Assembly: GCA_964482505.1 (NCBI GenBank)
Contig: CAYZYD010000001.1
Location: forward strand, 1-25,358
DNA from: an uncultured Planctomycetia bacterium
GTDB taxonomy: Bacteria; Planctomycetota; UBA8108; UBA1146; JAJFFE01
Reading direction: 5' to 3'
DNA: 25,358 nt
Below the pieces are notes generated by a model. The model saw nothing but the letters and a program-made list of their open reading frames with translations. It did no database searches and had not been told where the DNA came from. The position numbers and the translations under genes are program-made. The stretch's first letter is position 1. Each line of letters begins with the position of its first letter. Shown piece by piece: positions 5,890 to 14,986 of the stretch.

Positions 5890-8119
5890 GGTAGTACCTC
5901 CGACCGTAGTAGTAGGAGTAGTAGCCCGGAGCCCGTTCGGCCAGGCCGTTGAGGACGATGCCGAGGACTGGGGCGCCGACATCCTGCAGACCTTGGCGCG
6001 CCCAGTGCAGATCTTGGCTCGTCGTCTTACCGGCCCGGACGACGAGCAGAGTTTGGTCGGCGAACGCGGATAGGATCAGCGCGTCGGAGACGAGGTTGAG
6101 CGGCGGGGTATCGACGACGATGAATTCGTACTCCGCTCGAGCCGCGTCGATGAACTCGCGCATCCGATCCGTCGCGAGTAGCGCCGCGGGATCGTCGGGC
6201 TGCTCTCCTGCGGCCACCACGTCGAGCTTCGGAATGCGTGTCTTGTTGATCACCATCGTCGGAAGATTGGGATCGTAGATCGTCGCCACCGACTCTTGCG
6301 CCATCACGCGTTCGACCTCCCAGGGTCTGAGCCGTAATTTTGTCGGTAGCGGACTGGATTCGGCTCGAGTCGCCTCGAGCCGACTCAGTAGCGCCGCTTG
6401 GCGCGTGTACTCCTGACCGATGAGCCAGTCGGTGAGGCCGGGGACAAGACCGGTCCCGACCAGCGCGTGGACACGCGGTTGGCGCAGGTCGCAATCGACG
6501 AGCAGCGTGCGAATCCCGAGGAGTGCCGCCGACGCGGCGAGGTTCGTACTCGCGAGCGTCTTGCCCGCGGCGGGATCGGGCCCCGATACGAGCAGCACCT
6601 TCTGATCGTCGAGCCCGACGAGCACCTTCTTTGTAATGCTCTTAAAACCTTCTGAGAAGAGGCTCCGACCCGACACGTCGATCGACTCGATCTCCTCAGG
6701 CTTAAAGATCGGGATAACGCCGAGGCAAGGCGCGCCCACATGCTTTCGCAAGGTGTGCTGATTGTGGATGCGATGGTCAAAGAGCTCGACCCCGTAGACG
6801 GACGCGATACTCAGCACGATCCCGAGCATCATGACGAGCAGAAAGTAGTTTCGAAACGCGGGGCCGATCCGCCGCACCGTCCCGACCGGCTCGAAGACAG
6901 TGACGACCTCTTGGGCGAGCTGCGACGCCCCGACAAGCCCATCGAGAGTTGCTTGCAGATTACCGAGTCGCTCGCTCTTCTCCTTGCGCTCGCGCAAGAG
7001 CTTCTCGATCGGCGCTTCGTAGCGTCGAATCTTATCGAGTAGATCCTGGGTTTCGCTCCGGAGTTGGCGGGCGCGATCGCGCTGAGTCTCGAGTTTCGCC
7101 ATTTCGACCGAAGCGCGCGCTTGCGCCTCGCCAAGTTCGTCGAGATTGAGGTTTGCGGCTTCGCGCACGCGCCCCTGAAAGACCGATTCGGGATTGAGAA
7201 ACGAGGCGTAGACCGCCCGCTGAATCTCGAGGTCGCGCGCGGCCGACTGGTATTCGGGATGTTGCGGAGTGAACCGCCGCGCGACCTGGTCGAGCTTGAG
7301 TTCGGCCTCGATCACGGCCCTAGCCGTCGAGACGATCATGTCGTGTACCGGGAAGCCACTCGTGAGCGGCAAGAGCTCGAGCGGGGTCTCGGGCCGGCCA
7401 TCCTCGCGCTCTTGAGCAACGCGGCGAACGCGCTTGAGCTCTTGGCGAGCCCCCTCGACCTGACCCTCGAGCTCGACCTCCATCAGATCGAGCCGTGCGA
7501 TCTTGTCGTGCAGCGAGCGGGTCCAACCGTCGACACGATTTCCTCGCGGGATCTGCGCTTCGCGACGGAGACGATCGATCTCGACTTGAAGGGTCTCGAT
7601 CTGCGCCGCGACTTCGTTGACGTTTGCTTCAAACCGCTCGCGACTTCGCTCGACACTCTGTTCAAAATATCGTTGCGACGTCTCACGAATCGAATCGATC
7701 GCGACCTCGAGTACTTGAGCCGCCACGGTTCGATCCGGGGTGTGGTACGAGACGCGAACGAGGGTATTGGTCCCCTCGGTCGATTGAGGGTCGATGCGAA
7801 GAGCCGCCCGATTCCAGGCCAAAGCGAGATCGCTCCCACTCGCTTCGAGCCGTTCGCGAATCGAATCATCGAGACCGCGCTTGCGGACGAGTTCGACAAA
7901 TACCGGGAGCGAGAATGCCTCGAAGATCGGCATGCCTTTGAGCGCATCGCTCGAGAAGGTCCCCGCGCTTTGGGTGTTGACTTTGAGAAGCGCTCTGACT
8001 TCAAAGCGGTCGGGCTGCGCACGGAGGATCGCGACATTCACGGCGACGGTGAGCCCGAGCACCGTGAGCGCCAACCATTTGCGGCGTAGAAAAAGAGCTA
8101 TGATCTCCGTAAATTCCAT
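5876..8119 (-). CDS. Wzc/GumC-type polysaccharide co-polymerase fused to a bacterial tyrosine (BY) kinase
   Basis: Two TM helices flank a long coiled-coil loop. Walker A GPDPAAGKT, Walker A' VDCDLRQP, Walker B VVDTPP, and C-terminal tyrosine cluster YYSYYYGRRYY. The start at ATG8119 (MEFTEIIALFLRRKW) gives the usual Wzz-type N-terminus; 747 aa. Confidence 0.9.
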   Translation of the reverse strand: MEFTEIIALFLRRKWLALTVLGLTVAVNVAILRAQPDRFEVRALLKVNTQSAGTFSSDALKGMPIFEAFSLPVFVELVRKRGLDDSIRERLEASGSDLALAWNRAALRIDPQSTEGTNTLVRVSYHTPDRTVAAQVLEVAIDSIRETSQRYFEQSVERSRERFEANVNEVAAQIETLQVEIDRLRREAQIPRGNRVDGWTRSLHDKIARLDLMEVELEGQVEGARQELKRVRRVAQEREDGRPETPLELLPLTSGFPVHDMIVSTARAVIEAELKLDQVARRFTPQHPEYQSAARDLEIQRAVYASFLNPESVFQGRVREAANLNLDELGEAQARASVEMAKLETQRDRARQLRSETQDLLDKIRRYEAPIEKLLRERKEKSERLGNLQATLDGLVGASQLAQEVVTVFEPVGTVRRIGPAFRNYFLLVMMLGIVLSIASVYGVELFDHRIHNQHTLRKHVGAPCLGVIPIFKPEEIESIDVSGRSLFSEGFKSITKKVLVGLDDQKVLLVSGPDPAAGKTLASTNLAASAALLGIRTLLVDCDLRQPRVHALVGTGLVPGLTDWLIGQEYTRQAALLSRLEATRAESSPLPTKLRLRPWEVERVMAQESVATIYDPNLPTMVINKTRIPKLDVVAAGEQPDDPAALLATDRMREFIDAARAEYEFIVVDTPPLNLVSDALILSAFADQTLLVVRAGKTTSQDLHWARQGLQDVGAPVLGIVLNGLAERAPGYYSYYYGRRYYRARV

Positions 8120-8459
8120 CGCAACTCTCAGGGCTCGCCGGACCGCACCTTCAAAAACACGAGGCCGCCTCGAGTTATCGGCGTCGGTGGGGCAAAAATC
8201 TGAGAGCGGAATGCAAACTCGCCGCATCCGATTGAGAGCATTCCGATAAGTCGGCGCGCTCCACTCTGTCTGCGCCGCCGGAATCGAAGCTCGAGATAGA
8301 CTCGGTGGAATCGCAACTTCGAGCAATTCGGAATGACTCGATCAAAAATATTCCGGGGTTGCCTCGGGTGAATCCGTGATAATAGTACTTGGTCACTCTG
8401 AAGCGATGCGCATACTCACGGCAATTGCGGGAAGAGAGTCCGAAAGAGGGAGGAAACTC

Positions 8460-10880
8460 GTGAAGCGTCTCGTGGTTGCATTGAGCTTAGCACTCGGAGT
8501 CTTTGCGATTTGGCAGTGGTCGAGCCCGCCAGAGCAGAAATCCCCAGCGCCAGCTCAGCCCGGCGAGTTAGACCAAGGTCTCGAAGAGACCCGCCCTCTC
8601 GATCCGGTGACAAACCCCGGCACCGCGAGCCCAGCTATATTAGCTGCTTCCACTAAACCCGCTGGAATGGCGGCGGGTGGACTCGAGCTCGTCGGGTCGG
8701 TAGCAACCCCCGCAGGGCAACCCGTCCCCGGGCTGACGCTAAAGCTGAGATCGCTCACCGACGGCGAGCCGGGGACAACGATCACCGATGCTGAGGGCAA
8801 GTTCCACGTGGCTCATCTCAAGCCGGGCGCCTACGGCATTAAGGCTCTCGTCGGTCGCGACTTTATCCCCCCGGTCGAACAGTTCTTCGAGCTGAAGGAA
8901 CCGGTCACCAAGCAAGATCTGGTTCTCCTCCCCGCCTTCACCTACCGTTGTCAGTTCCGAGCAGGGGGACTCCCAGGTCCGCGCACCGAGATCTCGTTTC
9001 GTTTCGAGAACCAGATCATCAGCGAGATATCAAACGAGAATGGTCAACTCGAACTCCTTCTCCCCCACGGACAGCAGGTCTTGGTCCAATATTGGCCTTA
9101 CGATCTCCCCGCCCTCAAGGATGCCCGAGAGCCCCAGCTCTTCTCAACCGACCAGCTTCCGTCGGTCTGGGAGCTGCCCGAATGTGGCGAGCTCGAGATC
9201 ATCTTTGAAAAAGAGCCCAACAGTATCGAGGTTGAACTCTGCGAGTTTTCAGGATTCAAGCTCAAGAGCACTAAAGCCAGGGTCAAGGGAATACCCGTCG
9301 GTCAGTACCTCTACTACGTCAATTGCTCGCAGGGCGAGATTCGCGGCGAGATCGTGATCAAACCGCGACAGTTGACCAAGATCGACTTCGAAGAATCCCG
9401 AGTCGGTCGACTTCTCGTCGTCGACGAGCTCGGGAATCCGATTGAAGGCGCGTACGTCTCAGGATCGGGTAAGTATGTACAATCGACGGATGAGCAGGGT
9501 TACGTCTTCGGTACTCGAGGCCAAAGCCGTCTTGAGATTTACAAGTTTGGGTATTACAGGAACGACATCATCTTGCCGCGTGAGAACGAGGTCGTGACCC
9601 TTCAGGGCCTGATACCGGTCGAGCTTCTGATACTTGAGGCGACTCCAGATACTCGAGTTTTTACGGGTCCGGTGCGTCACGTCGTGGACGCACTCTCGGA
9701 TGAGTTGACGGTTATCTGGGGGAATGAGCTCGAGATCGAGCAAGGAAAAGCTCATGTCTTGGCGCCGTCGGGGGATCTTAAGGTGACCCGGTTCGACGGC
9801 AAAGAGCTGCGCAGTTGGAGATTTCAAATCGAACGTCCCGGGCCTCACCAGTTCCTCATTGAGACGTGTACCTCCCCGCGCAGCGCATTGTCCGGGGTCG
9901 TTACCCTGCGAAATGTCTCGACGCTCGCCGAGATCGTGGCAGAGGAAGACACGCTATGCCTCAAGTTTAGCCGACGAACGCACTCTCAAGTGGACTTCGC
10001 AGAGATCGAAGACCTCGTCGAACGAGACGGGCTCATCGAGGTTGCTTACACCGCACTCTTGGAGCCTGGCGATTACCACATCGAACTTATGAGTCGATAC
10101 AATCCCTCGGGCATGAAGACTATCGAAAGCTCCGATCTGCTCGAGCTCAGCGCGTATCGCCAAGCGATCGCGATGGTCAAGAAATCGATCCCCAAAGATC
10201 TTGAGAGACTCAATCTCGAATTTGAGTTCAACCGCGTCGCATTCGAGGTCGCGGGCGCGGAATCGATCAGTGCGACGCTCAGCGGACGGAGGATCCAAAT
10301 ACCGAGTTCGCTCAAGCTTGCGAGCGGTTATTACTCACTCTTTTCGCACAGCGACGAGGAGGGCTGGTTTCCGACTCAAGGCTTTCGAGTCCCCGGCACC
10401 ACAACTGTGTCGGTTGAACTCCAAGATCCGGTCGAAGTCGAGCTTCGTGGAATCCAATGGGAAAGCAACTGGTCGGTCAGTCCACTCAACTCACTAGCCG
10501 TGGAAGTCCAAGTCATCAGTAAAGATCCTCCCCGGTTGCGCTGGCAGGGCGAGTTGGGTTACGGGGTCCTCGAAGCGAGCAATAGTCTCCGGCTCGAAGA
10601 CACTCCCAAAATCTTCCGCGTCTTAAAAGACGGCTCGGTCGAGTGGATCAGCCGCGAGGCGGGCGGCGCCGTTGTGGTGCGAAGCAGTGCACCCAACGTG
10701 CGGGTTTCCGTGCAGCCGCTCAGTTGGGATATCCCCGCCCTCCCGTACCGGAGCTCGAAAGTCTATCAATTGCCCCCGGGTCGATACGAAGTGGATGTCA
10801 CGGGCGGCCGGAATAACCACTTCAAGGGCGTGATCTCAATCCAAACGGGCGAGACGACGATCATCGAGCTCGATCGCTGA
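8460..10880 (+). CDS. Membrane-anchored or secreted protein with carboxypeptidase-regulatory-like (Cna-B type) beta-sandwich repeats
   Basis: GTG8460 has GGAGG 6 nt upstream. N-terminal hydrophobic helix KRLVVALSLALGVFAIWQW, then a Pro/Ala linker. Repeats such as GSVATPAGQPVPGLTLKL...TDAEGKFHVAHLKPGAYGIKA and LVVDELGNPIEGAYV...TDEQGYV; 806 aa. Confidence 0.75.
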   Translation: MKRLVVALSLALGVFAIWQWSSPPEQKSPAPAQPGELDQGLEETRPLDPVTNPGTASPAILAASTKPAGMAAGGLELVGSVATPAGQPVPGLTLKLRSLTDGEPGTTITDAEGKFHVAHLKPGAYGIKALVGRDFIPPVEQFFELKEPVTKQDLVLLPAFTYRCQFRAGGLPGPRTEISFRFENQIISEISNENGQLELLLPHGQQVLVQYWPYDLPALKDAREPQLFSTDQLPSVWELPECGELEIIFEKEPNSIEVELCEFSGFKLKSTKARVKGIPVGQYLYYVNCSQGEIRGEIVIKPRQLTKIDFEESRVGRLLVVDELGNPIEGAYVSGSGKYVQSTDEQGYVFGTRGQSRLEIYKFGYYRNDIILPRENEVVTLQGLIPVELLILEATPDTRVFTGPVRHVVDALSDELTVIWGNELEIEQGKAHVLAPSGDLKVTRFDGKELRSWRFQIERPGPHQFLIETCTSPRSALSGVVTLRNVSTLAEIVAEEDTLCLKFSRRTHSQVDFAEIEDLVERDGLIEVAYTALLEPGDYHIELMSRYNPSGMKTIESSDLLELSAYRQAIAMVKKSIPKDLERLNLEFEFNRVAFEVAGAESISATLSGRRIQIPSSLKLASGYYSLFSHSDEEGWFPTQGFRVPGTTTVSVELQDPVEVELRGIQWESNWSVSPLNSLAVEVQVISKDPPRLRWQGELGYGVLEASNSLRLEDTPKIFRVLKDGSVEWISREAGGAVVVRSSAPNVRVSVQPLSWDIPALPYRSSKVYQLPPGRYEVDVTGGRNNHFKGVISIQTGETTIIELDR

Positions 10881-10943
10881 GGTCGACTTTCTTCCGATCG
10901 ACTGCTAAGTTCTGGGATCCCTCGTTCTCTAGAATGGACCCCG

Positions 10944-11441
10944 ATGCTTTCAAAAGAGCAGTTCCTCGCGAGTCTCGAAACCGAGCACCAGATCCTCAAC
11001 CACCTCGGTTCGAAGGTCGACGCAAACCAACTCGAATACCGCCCCAGCGACACCATGCGAACCACGCTCGAGCTGATGCGCTATCTCACCTTCTGCGGCG
11101 TCGCTCCGGCCCGCGCCGTGATTCAGAATGACTGGAGCGTCGTCGGCGAGTATCAGGCCAAGGCTCAGGAAATGGCGGCGGATCAATTCGAGAACCATCT
11201 GAAACTCCAGTTCCAGGAGATTCACAATCTGCTCGAACCCGTGAGCGCTCGTGATCTCGTCTCGAAGGAGGCGAACCTCCCTTGGGGAGTCACTACCCAA
11301 CTCGGAGCCGCGCTCGTCGACACGACTCTCAAGTTCCTCACCTCCTACCGACTCCAGCTCTTCTGCTATCTCAAAGCTTCGGGGAATTCAGAATTATCGA
11401 CCTACAACGCTTGGATAGGAATCGACAAGCCCGAGCAGTAG
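10944..11441 (+). CDS. DinB/YfiT-like four-helix-bundle protein
   Basis: LEYRPSDTMRTTLELMRYL and SYRLQLFCYLK resemble the DinB segments ldyrP....rt..ellhHi and HHRgQl.vYLR; 165 aa. Confidence 0.55.
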   Translation: MLSKEQFLASLETEHQILNHLGSKVDANQLEYRPSDTMRTTLELMRYLTFCGVAPARAVIQNDWSVVGEYQAKAQEMAADQFENHLKLQFQEIHNLLEPVSARDLVSKEANLPWGVTTQLGAALVDTTLKFLTSYRLQLFCYLKASGNSELSTYNAWIGIDKPEQ

Positions 11442-11446
11442 GCGCG

Positions 11447-12340
11447 ATGATTCCGAGCGACGAGAGAGAGCCCCGAGAAGAATGGGACCCCGGCGACGAC
11501 GAGGACGGCGACGACCCTCCCGTCGCCCCCCCCGATCGTGTCGAGCAGGCTTACGAAGAACGCGGAATCGGTCCCAAGTGTCGATCTCCTTCCGCGGCCC
11601 CGCTCGCTCCAATTTCGGTCCTCTACCGCGACGAACACTTCTGGGCGATCGACAAGCCAGCCGGCTTTGCCACGGTCTCCGAACGCTGGCAACCCGACGC
11701 CGAGACGCTGATCGCCGCGCTCTGGCGGGAGTGGCAGAAGCGCGATCCCGAAGCGCTCAAACCGCACGTCGTGCACCGACTCGACAAAGATACGCCCGGA
11801 GTTCTGATTTTTGCGTGCCATCGCGACGCTCAAGTCGAACTTCGTCGACAGTTTCAAAACCGCGAGGTTCGCAAAACCTATCACGCGCTCGTCGAGGGGG
11901 AACCCGAACCCGCCGAGGATACGATTGAACTCACCCTCGATTCCGACCCGAAACGCTCGGGGAAGATGGTGGCCTCCAAGTCGGGCAAACTCTGCCGAAC
12001 CCATTATCGAGTTGAAACGCGGTTTCGCGGGGTGACTTGGATCGAGCTCCAACCGCTCGAAGGTCGAACGCATCAGATCCGGGTGTCGCTCGCGCACCGT
12101 GGCCACCCCTGCGCGATTGACCCCTTCTACGGATCGGACCGCCCGATCACGCTCGACCGTTTCAAGAAGACCAAGGGGAGACCCGGGGTGTTGATCGATC
12201 GCCTCACCCTCCACGCGAGCCAAATCGAAATTCGCCATCCAGCCACGGGTCGACCTCAGACGATCAGAGCAAAACTTCCCAAAGACCTCGCCTCAACCCT
12301 CAAACAGCTCGAGCGGTGGGCCTCAGCGGAACCGCGATAG
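11447..12340 (+). CDS. RluA-family RNA pseudouridine synthase (no S4 domain)
   Basis: Motifs IDKPAG, VHRLDKDT and GRTHQIRV, plus the C-terminal RLTLHA. ATG11447 lies 5 nt after the upstream stop; 297 aa with an acidic N-terminal tail. Confidence 0.9.
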   Translation: MIPSDEREPREEWDPGDDEDGDDPPVAPPDRVEQAYEERGIGPKCRSPSAAPLAPISVLYRDEHFWAIDKPAGFATVSERWQPDAETLIAALWREWQKRDPEALKPHVVHRLDKDTPGVLIFACHRDAQVELRRQFQNREVRKTYHALVEGEPEPAEDTIELTLDSDPKRSGKMVASKSGKLCRTHYRVETRFRGVTWIELQPLEGRTHQIRVSLAHRGHPCAIDPFYGSDRPITLDRFKKTKGRPGVLIDRLTLHASQIEIRHPATGRPQTIRAKLPKDLASTLKQLERWASAEPR

Positions 12341-12544
12341 TGCTGCGCCATTTGAGTCACGAGGCCTCGACGCGGAGAACTCGGAAAAGACTCAACAATT
12401 CGTGAAGCAGTTGTTAGCTTTTGATGGGTGGAACGGCCAGCCGCTCCCCTACCGCTATCCTTCGCCGTCACGCCCTCCCTCCTCTTCTTTGCCCGATCGG
12501 CCCGCGCGCGAGCCCTCCTCTTTCGAACCCTGGAGCACCTAGCT

Positions 12545-14986
12545 TTGACGGTATGCCCCCGCGAGAAACCTGCATTCTGGCGAGCCCTGATCCTCGCAAG
12601 CTGCCTCGCCGGATCGGCAGACCTCCCGGCGCAGGTCGCCGTCAGCTTCGATTCTGCGTTTGCCCTCAATGAAACCCAAGAGCGCGAGCAACTCAAATCG
12701 AGCCGCTTTGCGCCAGTGGCCCCGGCCCCGCGTCAGGGACCTCTGGGCTATATCGAAATCGAACTCGGGCCGGGCTTTTATCTGCACTACCGGAGCGAAG
12801 AGCTCGAAGAAACCCAGGAGGAACGCCGCGAGTTGCAACGACAGGCGCTCGTCTACTTGAGTCGCTTCGTCAACTTTGCCAATCGTCCTTCCAAATTCGA
12901 CTCCCTCTTAATGTCTTTCAACCGAGCCTGGGGAGGTCATTCGGGAGAAGAGCGAGCCGCTCTACTGCGATCGATCGAAGACGAGCTCGTCAAATTGACA
13001 ACCATTATCAAAATCGAGGGCGTGGCCGAGCGGGAACTCGCACTGATCTATTGGCGTCGGTTTGGCGATTGGCGCGAGGGTTACAAAGTGTGGACGGGGA
13101 GGGTGGTGGCTGAGCGCGAGGAATCGCTACGCCGCGTCTTGAGCCACGAACAGCAAGCCCTCGCCGAAGTTACCCAAGAGATCTTGAGTCTGCGCAACAG
13201 CTTTTACGACGCGCGTCGGGCCGAACTCGAATCGATCTTCTACCGCGCTTTGGTGCGACTCGAACCCGGAGCTCCGATCGATAAACTCGAGTCCGCCCTC
13301 GATGAGACGAGCCGCACCCTCGAATCGAGACGCGCCGACGCCTTGATCGAACTGATGGCGGGACTGAGCCAACCGCGCCAACTGCTGCACGACTTCGAAA
13401 CGCAAACGCAGGCTCGCATCGCCGAGGTTGAGAGTGAGTGCCTGGGAAATCTGACGTCCGTCGGGGCCGAGTTCCGCGCTTCGCTCGCCGACAACTTCAA
13501 CCGCTCGCGCCAAGAGCTCCGGCAGCTACTCGCCGCTTCCGACGGGCCCCTCACGGCCCGGGACCTCTCCCAACTCGAGCGAGATCGCGAAGCGATCTAC
13601 GACCTCCTGACCTCCACCACTTGGGAGAGTTACCGCTTTACGCACAACACCCTGCTACAGCGGTGCGGTCCCTTTGTCGATCAACTCAAACAGAGCTTAA
13701 AGTCCTACGAAGCGGACTTTCGGCGCAAGGTCCAAGCCGAGGCGCGCCACTTGATCGATCAGGTGAGGACAAGCGCTCGTGAGAACAAACAGCGAGTACA
13801 AAAGGCGGTGCGCAACTTCCAACTCGAAGCGAATAAGTTTCGAAACGAGTACCGCCAGTTTGACTCGACCTGTAGCGACCGCTGGGTCTCCACCCCGTTC
13901 GACCAACTTCCGGGTATCCAGATCGCGCGCGGTCTCGGCTACGATCTCTCGGGTTGGCGACTCGCCTTCTCCTCATCCTATCTCGATACCCGGCGAGAGC
14001 CGCTCGAGCAGCAATTCCACGCGATTCTGCTGCTCTATCGGCTCTGCCGTTCGGGGGACGCCAAGCTGCTTCAGCCCTTTGTCGATCGATTCAACGGGAT
14101 CTGGACCAAGCGCAACTTCGACTCGAGTAAGTTTCGCGAGCTCGAACGCGCCCTCTGGGATGAACTCAAGGATCTTCAACCGCAGTTCGAAGCGCTCGCT
14201 CGAAACGAAGTGCGTGCGATCTTTACCAAGTCGCGCGGTAACTGGCGACGGTATCTTGCCGAACAGAGGAACGAACTGCGCGTCTTTGTCGGCCGCACCG
14301 CCGCACGACTCGAGAGCGATGCTTCAGACGATCTGCTCGAGGGATTCCAACTCAGTCGTAAGCTCACGGGAGACCTGCTGCGGAGCAGCCTAAAGCTCCG
14401 TGGTTCGATCGAACGCGATTATCTCAAGAACCAGTCCGGCGACTTTGCCGTCGAGCGCGCGCAGCAGTTTGAGACGATCTTCGTCGACGCCCTCACGCTC
14501 GAGAATTCGGTCTCAAACCAGCTTGCCGAAGTGGCCCAAGCTCAGAGCGCCCGCCGGCAGCAGCGCGTCGCAAGTGAGATCCGTGACCTCAGCGACCGCC
14601 TGGACCGCGCCCTCGAAGCGATCGCGCTCCTCGACCAGAAGTTCGAGCAGGAGCTCGAAAGCGCTCTCGAAGAGCAACTTCTCCAAGTCGACGATATTTA
14701 CGCGGGGGTTCCGAGTGTCCGCAGCCTCTACCCCTACCTGAGCCAATTCGAACAGGTCGGTAAGTTGCTTCACCGCACCGAAGATCGTCTGCTCGTCAAT
14801 CGTGAGCTTCAAGATCAGCTGCGAAAGCTGGTCGACGAAGCGCGGGCTGAACTCAAACCGGCGGAGCCAGCGATTGAGACGGACCAGAGCGTCGAAATCT
14901 ACCGAACCTTTTGGGAGCTGACGAGTGAGATCTACCGATCGTCACGGGCAGCCGAACGAACCCTCAAGCAAGGCTTGGATCGGTAG
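12545..14986 (+). CDS. Large predicted alpha-helical/coiled-coil protein of unknown function, probably secreted
   Basis: Long ORF with typical codon usage, rich in E/R/L/Q/A. Signal-peptide-like segment PAFWRALILASCLAGSADLPA|Q. The start is uncertain: TTG12545 has GGAG upstream, while the track gives 12428. Confidence 0.7.
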   Translation: MTVCPREKPAFWRALILASCLAGSADLPAQVAVSFDSAFALNETQEREQLKSSRFAPVAPAPRQGPLGYIEIELGPGFYLHYRSEELEETQEERRELQRQALVYLSRFVNFANRPSKFDSLLMSFNRAWGGHSGEERAALLRSIEDELVKLTTIIKIEGVAERELALIYWRRFGDWREGYKVWTGRVVAEREESLRRVLSHEQQALAEVTQEILSLRNSFYDARRAELESIFYRALVRLEPGAPIDKLESALDETSRTLESRRADALIELMAGLSQPRQLLHDFETQTQARIAEVESECLGNLTSVGAEFRASLADNFNRSRQELRQLLAASDGPLTARDLSQLERDREAIYDLLTSTTWESYRFTHNTLLQRCGPFVDQLKQSLKSYEADFRRKVQAEARHLIDQVRTSARENKQRVQKAVRNFQLEANKFRNEYRQFDSTCSDRWVSTPFDQLPGIQIARGLGYDLSGWRLAFSSSYLDTRREPLEQQFHAILLLYRLCRSGDAKLLQPFVDRFNGIWTKRNFDSSKFRELERALWDELKDLQPQFEALARNEVRAIFTKSRGNWRRYLAEQRNELRVFVGRTAARLESDASDDLLEGFQLSRKLTGDLLRSSLKLRGSIERDYLKNQSGDFAVERAQQFETIFVDALTLENSVSNQLAEVAQAQSARRQQRVASEIRDLSDRLDRALEAIALLDQKFEQELESALEEQLLQVDDIYAGVPSVRSLYPYLSQFEQVGKLLHRTEDRLLVNRELQDQLRKLVDEARAELKPAEPAIETDQSVEIYRTFWELTSEIYRSSRAAERTLKQGLDR

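Noticed and set aside
5895-5925. GTA/TAC trinucleotide run resembling a microsatellite
   Set aside because: It is fully explained by the Tyr codons of the kinase tail.
7064-8089. Long antisense ORFs (also 2198-2767, 11402-12238 and many others)
   Set aside because: These are shadows of real genes caused by GC-rich codon bias; they have no motifs or RBS.
1829-8119. Reading the locus as a magnetosome island, a capsule locus or a plasmid partition cassette
   Set aside because: There are no other mam genes, no wza/wzb/wzx/wzy/glycosyltransferases, no free ParA or replication genes, and the flanks are chromosomal housekeeping genes.
8186-8235. GGGCAAA...GAGA...GCAAA resembling a c-di-GMP-I (GEMM) riboswitch upstream of the surface protein gene
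   Set aside because: The bases flanking the putative tetraloop (AATCT and GCGGA) do not pair, so the required stem cannot form. An Infernal search against the Rfam model would settle it.
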